Shown: positions 13,659 through 27,064 of the stretch, in pieces
Layout of the letters: every line of letters starts with the position of its first letter
Position numbering within the stretch: the stretch's first letter is position 1
Source of the DNA: Octopus sinensis
Lineage: Eukaryota
DNA length: 55,985 bases
Direction: 5' to 3'
Assembly: GCF_006345805.1 (NCBI RefSeq)
Contig: NW_021836829.1
Location: 1-55,985, forward strand
Program-made: the position numbers and the translations under genes
Notes under the pieces: model-generated
Databases searched by the model: none
What the model was told of the DNA's origin: nothing
What the model saw: the letters and a program-made list of their open reading frames with translations, nothing else

Positions 13659-15329
13659 TTATAATGCTAAATAATAGCTTGTGGAATGTGAGAACATTTT
13701 TTTATGAGCAAACTTAGAATCGTCTAGTGATTTGGTATTCTACAGAAAATAAAGGAAATGCTGAATGCATAGATATTACCCTATATTCTAAAGTGTTGAC
13801 ACAGCTATTCTGCGTTCGAGAACTTTCTTTTTGTTTTTTTTTGTTTTTTAGAATACAAACTCATTCGGCGCTTGTAATTTTCTTTGTAAAAAAGTACAGC
13901 GTATTCGTGTTCCTGGGTGTGTGAATATGCGTGTGTCAGTGTGTCTGCGGCTGTGAGTAATTGAGAAGGTGCATGTGTGTGTGTGAGTGAGAGAGAGAGA
14001 GAGAGAAATATCACGGAGATCACCGTGATCTGTAAGTAGAGTACATGCTATTGCACTAAGAACTATTACAGACACACAAAAGGCACACTTTGCGCACACA
14101 CACATACTGAAAAGCAAACAGGTGCCAACTCCACCATATTGGTCAAAGCGTTGCTTTCTTTTCTTTTCAGCCTTTTCTGCTTGTAGTTTAATAATTATGA
14201 ATCATACTTACAAATGATCACTAAATCTCGCCCTACATTTTTTGTATACTTAAGTGCTTAAATATGCTTATTTGTGCTAATGTACGTGTGTTTGTATGTG
14301 TGTGTGTGTGTGTGTGTATGTGTGTGTGTGTGTCTGTGGTAGTGTTTGTAATTATAGAACGACTGTATTTTTCGTGTATACACTTTTGTATTCATATTTA
14401 ATAGAAATATACATCATTAATGTTTTCGTTTATGTGTAAGAAACAAGCAACAAAATATAAGTACAAAGAACGCAGATGAATTATTAGAATACAGAAAACT
14501 GCAAAAAAAAAAAAAAAAAAGTGAGAAGAAAACCGAGGAAGGAAAGCTTAATGGAAATACGTAATATATATAAATAAATAAATAAAGAGACGTGAGTAAA
14601 TGAACAAAGCTCAACTATAAAATGATCAGCAAAGAAGCTGACGAAAGAAGCTGACGAAAGAACTAACAACGTACAAGTCGTCTGCTAAAATAAAAACGAC
14701 AGAATAAAGCAAAAATACATTGGGAAAAATGTAGTAATTACACTGGAGCAACTTGTACAAATATCGGCGCAGCAGACATAAATTGCAATGATGGAAATAC
14801 ACATTGGAAGTGCTAACTAGGACTATATAATACTATTGTTTTGTGTTGGGTGTTTTATTATTGTTTTTTTTTTTTTTTTTTTTTTGGTTTTTGGTACAAC
14901 AAAACACCTAGTAAATAGATTTTGTATATGTGTTGCAGTTTCGCCGTTTCGTGAGGGAAGCGTATGAATCGTAGAGTGTAAGTGTGTAATAGGGAGAAAT
15001 TATTGGTAAATCATGAGTTGCATTTCGATTAATCTGTGGAAAGGAAACGTACGAGTTTATATTGAACACACATACACACACACAATCACACTCATATATA
15101 TACAAGCGCAGACACGCATATATATATTTATATACATACATATTTATAAACACAAACAAATATATGTACATACATACATATCTATATATATTTATATATA
15201 TATATATATGTATAAGTTTACCTGTATGCTTATATGTAAATCAATATTTCAATAAAAATATGTAGGTATATCATATATTTTTATCTATATAAACGCATGT
15301 AGCCATCTGAAAACATATAAGCACGCACA

Positions 15330-15377
<48 letters not shown>

Positions 15378-16000
15378 ATATAAATATATAATATAAATAT
15401 ATATAAATATGTATATATATGCTTATATATATGTATATATATATATAAATATATATATATACATATACATACATGCATATGTGTATAAATAGATGCATAT
15501 ATGTGAATCAATAAAGGGGGTTTATGAATGATTATGGGTTTATACAACTACATTTATGTGACTTTGTGTAAGTATATACATACACAAACATGCACACACA
15601 CGCACATATATCTTTATGAAAGACAGAATGCCTGAAACTACGTTGGAGTGCTCATATATATTTGTAAGTGCATGAGAGACTGTTGGCATTCATGATATTT
15701 ATGTTGCGTACATTGAAGCTCAATAGTGAAAGGTTTTGACAGTAGGTAAAATCCTGGAATAAAAGAGTAATACACATGACGATGTCTGTGAAGTTACTTC
15801 ATAGTCTACAACGAATACTACGAAGGTACGTAGTTCTCTTTTCTTTATATTGAACCGGCCGATACTGCAACGACGATCTGGCACTTGACCGACGATAGAA
15901 AGCTGCGAATGACTCTTCGTTATCTTTACTGTCCATTTTTGTATCGTCTAAATTTTCGGATAATTTGTTGTCGCCTGTTACTTTCTTGTTACATTTTTTA

Positions 16001-16475
16001 TTGTGGTAAGTAGCTTGGTTACCAACCACATGGTTCCGTGTTCATTCCCACTGCGTGGCATCTTAGGCAACAGTTTGCAACTATAGGGACGACCAAAGCC
16101 TTGTGACTAGAATTGGTAGGCAGAAACTGAAGGAAGTCCGTTGTATATATATATATATATAATATATATATATACATATATATATGTATGTATGCGTGTG
16201 TGCCTGTGTGTGTGTGTGTCTGTGTGTGTGTGTGAGTATGTGTGTGTGTGTGCGCGTGTGTGTGTATGTTTGTGTGTCTGTGTTTGTTCCCCCAGCATCG
16301 CTTGACAACCGATGCTGGTGTATTTAGGTCCCCGTTACATAGCGGTTCGGCAAAATAGAACGATAGAATAAGTACAAGGCTTCCAAAGAATAAGTTCTGG
16401 GGTCGATTTGCTCGACTAAAGACGGTGCTCCAGCGTGGCCGCATTCAAGTGACTGAAACAAGTGAAAGAATAAAA
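16001..16475 (+). mobile_element. SINE family A, near full length
   Basis: Head, central (TA)(TG) tract and 3' tail all match the other copies. Confidence 0.9.
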
Positions 16476-16512
16476 AAAATGAGTATGTATGTGTGTGTAT
16501 ATATATATATAT

Positions 16513-16731
16513 AACGGGAAGGTTTACGAAAATAAACAAAAGACGACGGTAGGTTTACGATAATAAACAAAAGACGAAGGCAGATGGAGTACAAACAAAC
16601 AATTGTATTAGTGTGGGGCTCAGGAATAGAAATAAGTCTTTTACGTTACGAGTCTACGCTCTTCAACTGAAAGATACACAGAAAAGAAACAAGGAAAAAA
16701 CAAGGAGAGAAAAAAATGCGTGTAGGAGCTG
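16513..16731 (-). mobile_element. Family P1 element
   Basis: Matches 6679-6875, with a 31-bp tandem duplication of AGGTTTACGA.AATAAACAAAAGACGA. Motif at 16643-16669. Confidence 0.6.
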
Positions 16732-16747
16732 TCCATATATATATATG

Positions 16748-16798
<51 letters not shown>

Positions 16799-17621
16799 CG
16801 CACATATATATGCGCTTATTATTATATTATGTTAAAGTATGAAATGGTATTGTTTTCCTTGTGGCGCTCTCGAACGCTATGTATTGACAGCTACAAAACA
16901 AGGTGAAAACGAATAATCCGACTCATGTTTAATGAGAACAGTTACACACAATGTCCAGAAAGTTCAATTATTACTAAGGACTATATTCAATGTCTTCGAA
17001 TTTAAATTGTTTAAGATCGAGATCCTTACAATAGGCCCCTTTTTCTTTACGTCTGCAATTTGCATACACTCATGACCAAAGTAAAACTAAACTAGATTGT
17101 TCTGCGAGATTCTGTTCGTTTATAGATTCTATGATATTACATGATATTTAACGGACACACTGTGTGTACTGAAACTATCGAATCGAAATTAATTTGTTAC
17201 TGTAACGCAATTAATGTAGCCGAGACAGCAAGATGTCAGCCGATTTCTCGTTCACTTAATTTACTGTTTCACCTTTCACCTTGAAAATCCCTGTGAGGTC
17301 AATGTTATCGTCCGTTTCTCAGGGATCAGCAATAAATGTGCTAAAGGCGTTGAATGGATTATGCTGCCCATTCTTCAGGGTTTGAATTGATATCAGTATC
17401 CTTGCCTTCTTCTTCGTTTTCCTTGAGATACGAAGTGTTACTACTGATACAGGAGGTGTAAAGGACAACATAACTTTAATGCCTTCCGGCAAAACACAAT
17501 TAAACTCTATAGACTGAATGTCAACACATCAACACAACACTTCGGAATACATATGTGAATTATCCTGGATGATTATAGCTCAATAATATTCGATCAGCAG
17601 CTTATGATTACTTCCTGTACA

Positions 17622-18229
17622 AAATACCTATTTCTTTATTACCCACAAGGGGCTAAATATAGAGGGGACAAACAAGGACAGACAAAAGGATTAAGTCGAG
17701 TACATCGACCCCAGTGCGTAACTGGTACTTAATTTATCGACCCCGACAGGACGACAGGCAAAGTCGACCTCGGCGGAATTTGAACTCAGAACGTAATGGG
17801 AGACGAAATACCTATTTCTTTACTACCCACAAGGGGCTAAACATAGAGGGGACAAACAAGGACAGACAAATGGATTAAGTCGATTACATCGACCCCAGTG
17901 CGCAACTGGTACTTAATTTATCGACCCCGAAAGGATGAAAGGCAAAGTCGACCTCGGCGGAATTTGATCTCAGAACGTAGCGGCAGACGAAATACCTATT
18001 TCTTTACTACCCACAAGGGGCTAAACATAGAGGGGACAAACAAGGACAGACAAAAGGATTAAGTCGATTACATCGATCCCAGTGCGTAACTGGTACTTAA
18101 TTTATCGACCCCGATAGGATGAAAGGCAAAGTCGACCTCGGCGGAATTTGAACTCACAACGTATCGGGAGACGAAATACGGCTACGCATTTCGCCCGGCG
18201 TGCTAACGATTCTGCCAGCTCGCTGCCTT
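17622..18229 (-). mobile_element. SINE family B trimer (one head + three 184-bp bodies)
   Basis: AAATACCTATTTCTTTA recurs at 17622, 17806 and 17990. A single head lies at 18174-18229. Confidence 0.92.
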
Positions 18230-18404
18230 TCCTCGGCACAGACCAACCTCGGCAGGAACTTTTTTCCCGAAGTTACAACAGAAGATCAAAATCTAAGATA
18301 AAACAGTGAGAGAGTAAAATTATGCATTTTGAAGCTGAAAATAATGTATTTTGTATGATTGATTCCTTAAATCTAAACGTAAACATCATACTAATCTCGA
18401 TAGT

Positions 18405-18789
18405 GGAGGAGCAATGGCCCAGTGGTTAGGGCAGCGGACTCACGGTCGTAGGATCGCGATTTCGATTCCCAGACCGGGCGTTGTGAGTGTTTATTGAGCG
18501 AAAACACCTAAAAGCTCCACGAGGCTCCAGCAGGAATGGTGGTGATCCCTGCTGTATTCTTTTGCCACAACTTTCTCTCACTCTTACTTCCTGTTTCTGT
18601 TGTATCTGTATTTCAAAGGGCCGGCCTTGTCACTCTCTGTGTCACGCTGAATATCCCCGAGAACTACGTTAAGGGTACACGTGTCTGTGGAGTGCTCAGC
18701 CACTTACACGTTAATTTCATGAGCAGGCTGTTCCGTTGATCGGATCAACCGGAACCCTCCTCGTCGTAACCGACGGAGTACTTCCACAT
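18405..18789 (+). mobile_element. SINE family C (tRNA-derived head), full length
   Basis: A-box-like TGGCCCAGTGG and B-box-like GATTTCGATTCC. Flanking direct repeat ATCTCGATA at 18394 and 18790. Confidence 0.85.
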
Positions 18790-18926
18790 ATCTCGATACG
18801 TAACGCTTGGAATCTCCGACCCTGACCATTGAAAATTCAGTCGTTCGATTACCTATCCCTGAGTTAAGATGTATGAGACCCAGCATTCCGGAGACACATA
18901 TCCTATTCATATCATTCTCCTTGCAT

Positions 18927-19522
18927 AGGGGACGAGCTGGCAGAAACGTTAGCACGCCGGGCGAAATACTATGCGGTATTTCGCCTGCCGCTACGTTCTG
19001 AGTTCAAATTCCGCCGAGGTCGACTTTGCCTTTCATCCTTTCGGAGTCGATAAATTAAGTACCAGTTACGCACTGGGGTCGATGTAATCGACTTAATACC
19101 TATGTATGTCCTTGTTTGTCCCCTCTATGTTTAGCCCCTTGTGGGTAATAAAGAAATAGGTATTTCGCCTGCCGCTTCGTTCTGAGTTCAAATTCCGCCG
19201 AGGTCGACTTTGCCTTTCATCCTTTCGGGGTCGATTAAATAATTACCAGTTACGCACTGGGGTCGATATAATCGACTTAATCCGTTTGTCTGTCCTTGTT
19301 TGTCCTCTCTGTGTTTAGCCCCTTGTGGGTATTAAAGAAGTAGATATTTCGTCTGTCTTTATGTTCTGAGTTCAAATTTCGCCGAGGTCGACGTTGCCTT
19401 TCATCCTTTCGAGATCTATAAATTAAGTATCAGTTAATTAAGTATCAGTTAATACTGAGGTCGACTTAATCGACTGGCTCCCTCCCCCAAAATTTCGGGT
19501 CTTGTGCCTAGAGTAGAAAAGA
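18927..19522 (+). mobile_element. SINE family B trimer (head + 2 tail-1 bodies + 1 tail-2 body)
   Basis: Three GAGTTCAAATT.CGCCGAGGTCGAC units. 17-bp TSD ATATCA(T/C)TCTCCTTGCA at 18909 and 19523. Confidence 0.92.
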
Positions 19523-21438
19523 ATATCACTCTCCTTGCAGGAACAGTGTAACTGAATTTTCGACAAAGCTGTACTTTTTTCGTTTTACATGTCCACTCTC
19601 TCCAACAGGCTTCTATATACTTTGCATCAGCCCAGGTTTATTTACAATCTGGAGATGAACCTTAGAGTAGAGATTGTGGCATTTGTTCAAGATACCATGA
19701 AGCAAATTGAAAGAGCTCACTCGTTGTGAAGCACAATTTTAACCACTTGGGTGGGCATAAGGCGCGACACTGATAAATACCAGAAATATAAAGCAGTGAC
19801 CTATAGAATGTAACTTCAATGCAATGTCAGCCTAAAAGTCGTCCTTTGTTATAAGACCAGTGAGAAGATTATCAAGATTAGGTTATAAGAACATAGGCAA
19901 CACCAACTATATGAAAACGAAAGTCGAAATTGTCGAAGATTTCAGCACCATATTCTGCAAGAATCTCCATCTCAAATTGATTAAAATCACTTCTACTTAA
20001 CGATGCTGGAAAATTGCATAACCGAAATGGTTTCCTGTTATAGTGGTTATCATGTCTACCTAAATGCAAATGATCGTGATTTCGAAACATAATAGGATGT
20101 GTAGTTGTAATTTCTCAATATTATTGCCCCAGCAAACCGGCAACCGGCTGAATCATGTTAAAGATTACATACATCTATAGAGGTCATATGCATGTGCTAA
20201 TCATTAGCAACATCCAAACGCTAGTAACAAAATAAACCTCTTGAGACAATAACTTAGAGCTTGCTCAAAATATTTCAACCGTGCTATATGTTTTATCAGC
20301 CCCAGCGCGAGTAAATACTAAATCGATTTTAGCACGGTTCGAACTCAGACTATTTGAACTTAAAGCGAGATTTTGAGGTTGTTCAACATTTGTTTGGCGC
20401 AATGCTTATACGCATTCATCTTAAGGGAGATGAGATGGAAAACATTTCCTGTGAGTCTGAACGATGTTGTACCTATGTATTCAGAACAATTCCAAAGAAC
20501 ACCATACAAGTATAGATAGCTAGTAAGCTAAGGACATTTACGTATATTGTTTATTGTATAATCAAGGGTTTGAAATGCTATGACCACTCCTAAAATAAGC
20601 CGACGAGCACGCAATTACCTGGTTATAATTGGCTAGCCACAATAAACCAAAAAGAACAAGAAAATCATAACAAAATCACTATAGCAAAAACAACAACAAA
20701 ATCCAAACGTTGCGAAAATTCTACATGATTACAATATACGAACTCTGAGTGCATTTATAACCACTTAATGATATCGAAATTTGAAAAATCTAAATATTTG
20801 ATTTCCCATTATACCTTATGGATAAATGAAAATCTATAAAATATGCAAAATTACACGAATCGGACACAATTTTAAACTTTCTACATCATTTGCCTACATC
20901 TGTGTATAGTCAGCAAGACCTGTCGTTGTAATTATCTTAAACTGTCGTATGTCCAGATTTGACCAAATGCGTTTCTTCCTCAATATTTATTTGTGCTTGC
21001 AATAGCCGTTTCTTTTGGTCAAACTATCATATCTCCATTTGCTTCTGATACGAAAACATCAAAATTTATCAAAGTGTTATACAACGTTTTTGCTATGAAA
21101 TGGTTAAACTATTTTTTTTCCTTTTCTGAAACACCAACTTCTTGGACTTACGACACTCTTGCATAATAGCAACGATAAATATATCACCGTAAAGACAAAG
21201 AAAAGTAATAATACATACGTAAAATAAACGGTTTCATTGTTATCTCTTTGTAATATTGTTAAATGGATATTTCCTTCAATTTCCTGTATATTTCTTATCG
21301 TTGGTGACTTCATCAGAGGCGAGTGCATTCACATTCACCCCATTCATACGTTTGCAGGTCGCTCTATTATATCCTACATCCGTAGACTGTAAACTAAATG
21401 TGGTAAACAGAAATTTGTGTGGTAGATTTAAGCTGTGT

Positions 21439-21992
21439 GGAGGCGCAATGGCACAGCGGTTAGGGCAATGGACTCGCGGTCGGAGGATCGCGGTTTCGAT
21501 TCATAAGGCGGCGAGCTGGCAGAAACGTTGGCACGCCGGGCGAAATGCGTAGCCGTATTTCGTCTGCCGCTACGTTCTGAGTTCAAATTCCGCCGAGGTC
21601 GACTTTGCCTTTCATCCTTTCGGGGTCGATAAATTAAGTACCAGTTACGCACTGGGGTCGATATAATCGACTTAATCCGTTTGTCTGTCTTTGTTTGTCC
21701 CCTCTGTGTGTAGCCCCTTATGGGTAGTAAAGAAATAGGTTTCGATTCCCAGACCGAGCGATGTGCGTGTTTATTGAGCGAAAACACTTAAAGCTCCACG
21801 AGGCTCCGGCAGGGTGTGGTGGCGATCCCTGTTGTACTCTTTCACCCCAACTTACTCTCACTCTTTCTTCCTGTTTCTTGAGTAACACTGCGATGGACTG
21901 GCTCCCCGTCCAGCTGGGAGTGGGGGCACATACGCCACAGAGACCGGGAAACCGGGTCCATGAGGCTTGAAAAGGGCGCAAAGGAAAAGGAG
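21439..21992 (+). mobile_element. SINE family C variant with a V-SINE-like 3' half, interrupted by SINE B
   Basis: Same head as 18405. The 3' part has CTGCGATGGACTGGCTCCCCGTCCAG. TSD AGATTTAAG(C/A)TGT at 21424 and 21993. Confidence 0.8.
21503..21737 (+). mobile_element. SINE family B monomer nested in the B-box of SINE C
   Basis: Perfect 11-bp TSD GGTTTCGATTC at 21492 and 21738. Confidence 0.92.
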
Positions 21993-22235
21993 AGATTTAA
22001 GATGTCACTCAAAACAATACTACCATATAATATCTATTCGCAAGAAATTCCAACCAGGCTTATAGTTTGGGAATCCCTTTATTGTTTAGTCCTGCCAGAT
22101 TTCATAGACCCTTAAACGTTTCATAACCTCTCATTATCTCCAGATTGTAATACCAAGGATATTTGTGGGATAAAAATATTGTACGTTTAACCGTCATCCA
22201 TAATCATGACTCGTAGATCTGAGTACCTTTATATA

Positions 22236-22286
22236 GTCTTTTACTTGTTTCAGTCAATTGACTGCGGCCATGCTTGAGCATCGCCC
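22236..22286 (-). mobile_element. SINE family A 3' fragment
   Basis: TTTTACTTGTTTCAGTCAATTGACTGCGGCCATGCT. Confidence 0.7.
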
Positions 22287-22349
22287 ATAGTTGAAACACA
22301 CACACGCGCGCCCGCACACACACATACACACACAGATATATGTAAAAAT

Positions 22350-22850
22350 GGATGAAAAACGCAATACAGGACACTAAAAAATTTGGACAGATAGACGATG
22401 CAAAGGTGGACAAGAGGAAACCCCAATTAGAAGGACAGGCAAAAAAAAGGCAGGTAATTTTTGGCTTTCTTTCATCAGTCAAGTACCAGAAGTCACGACT
22501 ATTTGGGGCAGTTACACTTGAGATGGTTCGATCTGGTTATGTCCCAAAAAGTCTAAGCTAAGAGCATTAGACCCCTTTGTAAGAAAGATAGCGAATGTGT
22601 ACGGCAACAAATACAAAAGACAAAAAAAAAATGGAGAACATGTTACACAATTACGAATATATACAACAAGAAATAACAGCAGGGGTCTTTCGACAGAGAA
22701 CGAATCAAATTGAACTGGTATGTGCATGAACTGAAAGCCTAAAAGCAGGAACATAGGAGACGGACATAAGAGGTGTTGACGGTCGGCAGTTAGGCCAAGA
22801 AAGAAAGATCATGGCTGACCCGACACCGGTCAAGTGGAAGGAGGAAAGAT
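22350..22850 (-). mobile_element. Family P2 repeat (Penelope-like?), degenerate
   Basis: Collinear similarity to 30700-31075 (CTAAGCTAAGAG.ATTAGA, CGAATGT.TACGG, ATGTTACAC, GTCTTTCGAC). Minus strand has CTGATGAAAGAAAG near 22465-22480. Confidence 0.5.
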
Positions 22851-22879
22851 GAGTAGGGGACAGCGGGATACATACATAT

Positions 22880-22937
<58 letters not shown>

Positions 22938-23068
22938 CAAATTAATAAATAAAACATATGCATATATACATACATATATGTACGTACCTACATCTATATG
23001 TATATATACATGCATATATGGGTACAGAACACCAAAAAGGCGTCGAACACAATGAGAAACGAAAACAA
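22938..23068 (-). mobile_element. Family P3 terminal fragment
   Basis: AATTAATAAATAAAACATATGC...GTACGTACCTAC...GGGTACAG.ACACCAAAA...GTCGAACACAATGAGAAACGAAAACA is shared with 55697. Confidence 0.75.
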
Positions 23069-23739
23069 TATATATTTATATATATACATTTATGAATATG
23101 TGTATATATATTTATAAATATATGTGTGTGCGAGCATGTGTGTGTCTGTGTGCGCATGTATATATAATTAAGTATATGTAAATACATCTATGCGTATGCC
23201 TATATGTTAGTATGGGTGGGCATAGATATGCGTGAATGAATACATACAAACATAGACAAAACACATACACGCGAACACACACACACACACTCGCATCTGT
23301 ATAAAGATGCGTATCCACAAACACATGTCTACGAACACCTACGTACTCCCGCGAGAGTGTCTTAACGCGTGTAAATGGATTTGCGTCAGCAACCTGTACA
23401 CGTCTTTATGGCCGCCTGTAACCGCAATCCTGAGATTCTGTGCGCGCCGGGACAATGGGCAGATAATATGGAAAAATGCTTTTAATATGTAGTCAATAAC
23501 ACAGTATTGGCAAATCAACTAAATATAATCTCTATTCTCTGGCTCACTGCCTTCGCAATGTAACAGGCATTGAAAGAATATATAAAAAAATAGTGCAACA
23601 ACAAAAATATTGTACTGATTTACTACTGAATCGGCATCTCAGTGTCTCCCAATCTCCGTCTAATTGCCGTTATAATTATATTGTTATGTATATGTATGTA
23701 TGGAGGTAGTTTGATGTATTCGTTCAGATGAGTATACAA

Positions 23740-23943
23740 GCTAGCGCAGATACATACACACACACACGCAAGCATACACAGAGGCAATGTATGTGTAGGT
23801 GCATTTATACGTATATAAGTATGTACACGGCGATGTGTACATCTGAATGAATATGAGTGTGAATATTTGTATATTCATAAGCAGTATAGAAACGTACATA
23901 TACATGTACGAGTATATACACATACATACATAGATACACACAT

Positions 23944-23977
<34 letters not shown>

Positions 23978-24024
23978 TATATACACATTTCATATGCAAT
24001 ATATACATGTAAACATCTATATGC

Positions 24025-24067
<43 letters not shown>

Positions 24068-24173
24068 ACACACACATTTGTGCGGTGTGTGTGTATATAT
24101 GAATAAGTATACGCATACATCTACAAAATTATAATTAAGGGTACATACGTACACACATACATGTACATAACTG

Positions 24174-24240
<67 letters not shown>

Positions 24241-24391
24241 TGTGTGTGTACATATATATTCCTATATACATTTTGCATGTATATTCGCATTTATGTACAT
24301 TATTGTATATCTCTCTAATTGTGTATGTATTTATGCATATATATGTATATATCTATATATACATACATATACTATATATAAGTATACATAT

Positions 24392-24423
<32 letters not shown>

Positions 24424-24528
24424 GTATATATAGATATGTACATATGTATATATATATAATATATACACCCCCACACGCACACACAAACATATATATTATA
24501 TATAATATACCCCCACACGCACACACAA

Positions 24529-24565
<37 letters not shown>

Positions 24566-24895
24566 CATATGTGTGTGTGTGTGTGTGTGTGTTTGTGATA
24601 ATTATATACTTTTACTCGGGGTGAAAGTTCTGTGTGTCGGTTAAACATCTTCTATGAGGCATCAGCAATGTTACTAATGTCATTATTATGCCTAACAATT
24701 TTCCTTGTACAAATCTATGCACACAAACACATACATGCACACACATATAACTATACACACACACACACGTATCTGTACATACATGCGCACACGCACATAC
24801 ATACATATACATACATATACCGGTATCCGTCCTCTGTATATGTACATATACACGTGTGAGTGCATTTGACTTGTATAATGATATGTATATATGTG

Positions 24896-24933
<38 letters not shown>

Positions 24934-24996
24934 TAAAAACATACACACATATATGTATATTTGTACGTACATATAGACAAAACCTCTCGCACATAA

Positions 24997-25035
<39 letters not shown>

Positions 25036-25040
25036 AATAA

Positions 25041-25080
<40 letters not shown>

Positions 25081-25152
25081 ACATATATACATACATATAT
25101 ACATACATATATATATATATATATACATACATATATACATACATATATATAT

Positions 25153-25183
<31 letters not shown>

Positions 25184-25222
25184 CGTACATATATACATAC
25201 ATACATATATACATACATATAT

Positions 25223-25286
<64 letters not shown>

Positions 25287-25332
25287 GAGCCTACTGACCT
25301 ACGTGCATCTGTTTACTATATGTATTTATATT

Positions 25333-25395
<63 letters not shown>
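23740..25395. repeat. Compound (TA)/(CA)/(ATAC) microsatellite field
   Basis: Directly visible. Confidence 0.8.
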
Positions 25396-25396
<1 letters not shown>

Positions 25397-25854
25397 CATA
25401 TGCACATACGCACAGACACAGATAAGGCTTCTGATTTCGATACACGTATGTATGTACATACGTTCATACGTTCTACCCATTCACGTATAATTTCAATGTA
25501 TTAGTTACTTCGACCTGTGTAACGTGATCAATCTGGTTACGACCCTCTAAAATCACTAGGCAACGTCGATAGCGTAAAGTAATTCGTTTGATGTGTGCAA
25601 TAAGCAGCAAGCAATGCAACAACAACAACAACAACAACTACAATAACAGCATCAACAAGTTCAACATCAACTATAACAACATTACGAAGAAGAAAAAATA
25701 ATATATATATATATATATATAACAAGAACAAAAAAAAAGAGCTATAGCAACGACATCAGTAACAATAATGGAGAGACGAATGCGCATCAGGAAGATTTAC
25801 ATCGTCCACAATGGAACAGCACTTTCGGAAAACGGCTTCGGCATGATGTTCTTG

Positions 25855-25855
25855 G

Positions 25856-25899
<44 letters not shown>

Positions 25900-26429
25900 G
25901 GTTGTGGTGGTGGTGGTGGTGGTGATGATGATGATGTTGGTGGTGATGATGATGATGGTGGTGATGATGATGGTGGTGGTGGTGGTGGTGGTGATGATGA
26001 TGATGATGATGATGATGATGGTGATGGTGATGTTGACTATGATGACGATAGCTATGAGGATGCTGGTGATGACGATGATGACGATGTTGAGGACGACGAT
26101 GATGATGGTGATGTTGTCCATCATGATAATGGCTATGAAGGTAATAATGATGATGATGATGATGATGATGGTGATGGTGATGACGATGACGATGATGAAG
26201 ACCATAATGATGACGATGATGATGGTGATGTTGACCTTGATGATGATAGCTATAATGATGATTATAATGATGATGATGATGACGACGATGATGATGACTA
26301 TGATGTTGACTATGATGACGATAGCTATTAGGATGCTGGTGATGACGATGACGATGTTGATGACGACGATGATGATGGTGATGTTATCCATCATGATAAT
26401 GGCTATGAAGGCGAGATGATGATGATGAT

Positions 26430-26465
<36 letters not shown>

Positions 26466-26961
26466 GTGATGACGATGACGATGACGAAGACCATAATGAT
26501 GACGATGGTGACGGTGCTGTTGACCTTGATGTTGATAGCTATGATGATTATAGTGATGATGATCACGACGATGATGATGCGATGTTGACTATGATGACGA
26601 TAGCTATGAGGATGCTGGTGATGATGATGATGACGATGTTGAAGACGACGATGATGATGTTGATGTTGTCATCAAGATAATGGGTATGAGGATGATGATG
26701 ATGATGATGATAATGATTATGATGATGATGTTGACCATGATGATGATGATGGTGCTGGAGTGTTGCTGATGCTGATGATGATGTTTATGCTAATGGGTAC
26801 GACCATGATGGACATCCTCACCACCATAGCTGCCATGATAATTCCAATGGTGATGCTGCAGCTGCTGCTGATGTTGTTGTTGTTGTTGTTGATGATGATG
26901 ATGATACAATATCACCTACATCATGGTCATCCTCACCAACATAATCGTATTCATCGATGTT

Positions 26962-27012
<51 letters not shown>
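25855..27012. repeat. Degenerate (GAT)n field with a ~275-bp higher-order tandem repeat
   Basis: TGTTGACTATGATGACGATAGCTAT recurs at 26031, 26304 and 26583. Confidence 0.85.
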
Positions 27013-27064
27013 GCGAACACTGTTATCGACACCCTTTCATAAACGTTGATATCATCGACACCAC

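Noticed and set aside
15799-16029. 76-aa ORF with protein-like composition
   Set aside because: It starts inside SINE A and has no recognisable motif or clear splice sites.
17622-18229. Regularly spaced repeats suggesting a CRISPR-like array
   Set aside because: The whole 184-bp unit repeats with no unique spacers, the context is eukaryotic, and there are no cas genes.
18405-18480. tRNA gene-like sequence (also at 21439)
   Set aside because: It continues into a SINE body and is flanked by TSDs, so it is a SINE head and not a tRNA gene.
21104-21328. 74-aa ORF with a hydrophobic, TM-like stretch
   Set aside because: Hydrophobic runs are expected from T-rich sequence; there is no other support.
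23380-23520. GC-richer island with a TTTATGGCC homeodomain-like site
   Set aside because: Short motifs occur by chance, and enhancer status needs conservation or chromatin data.
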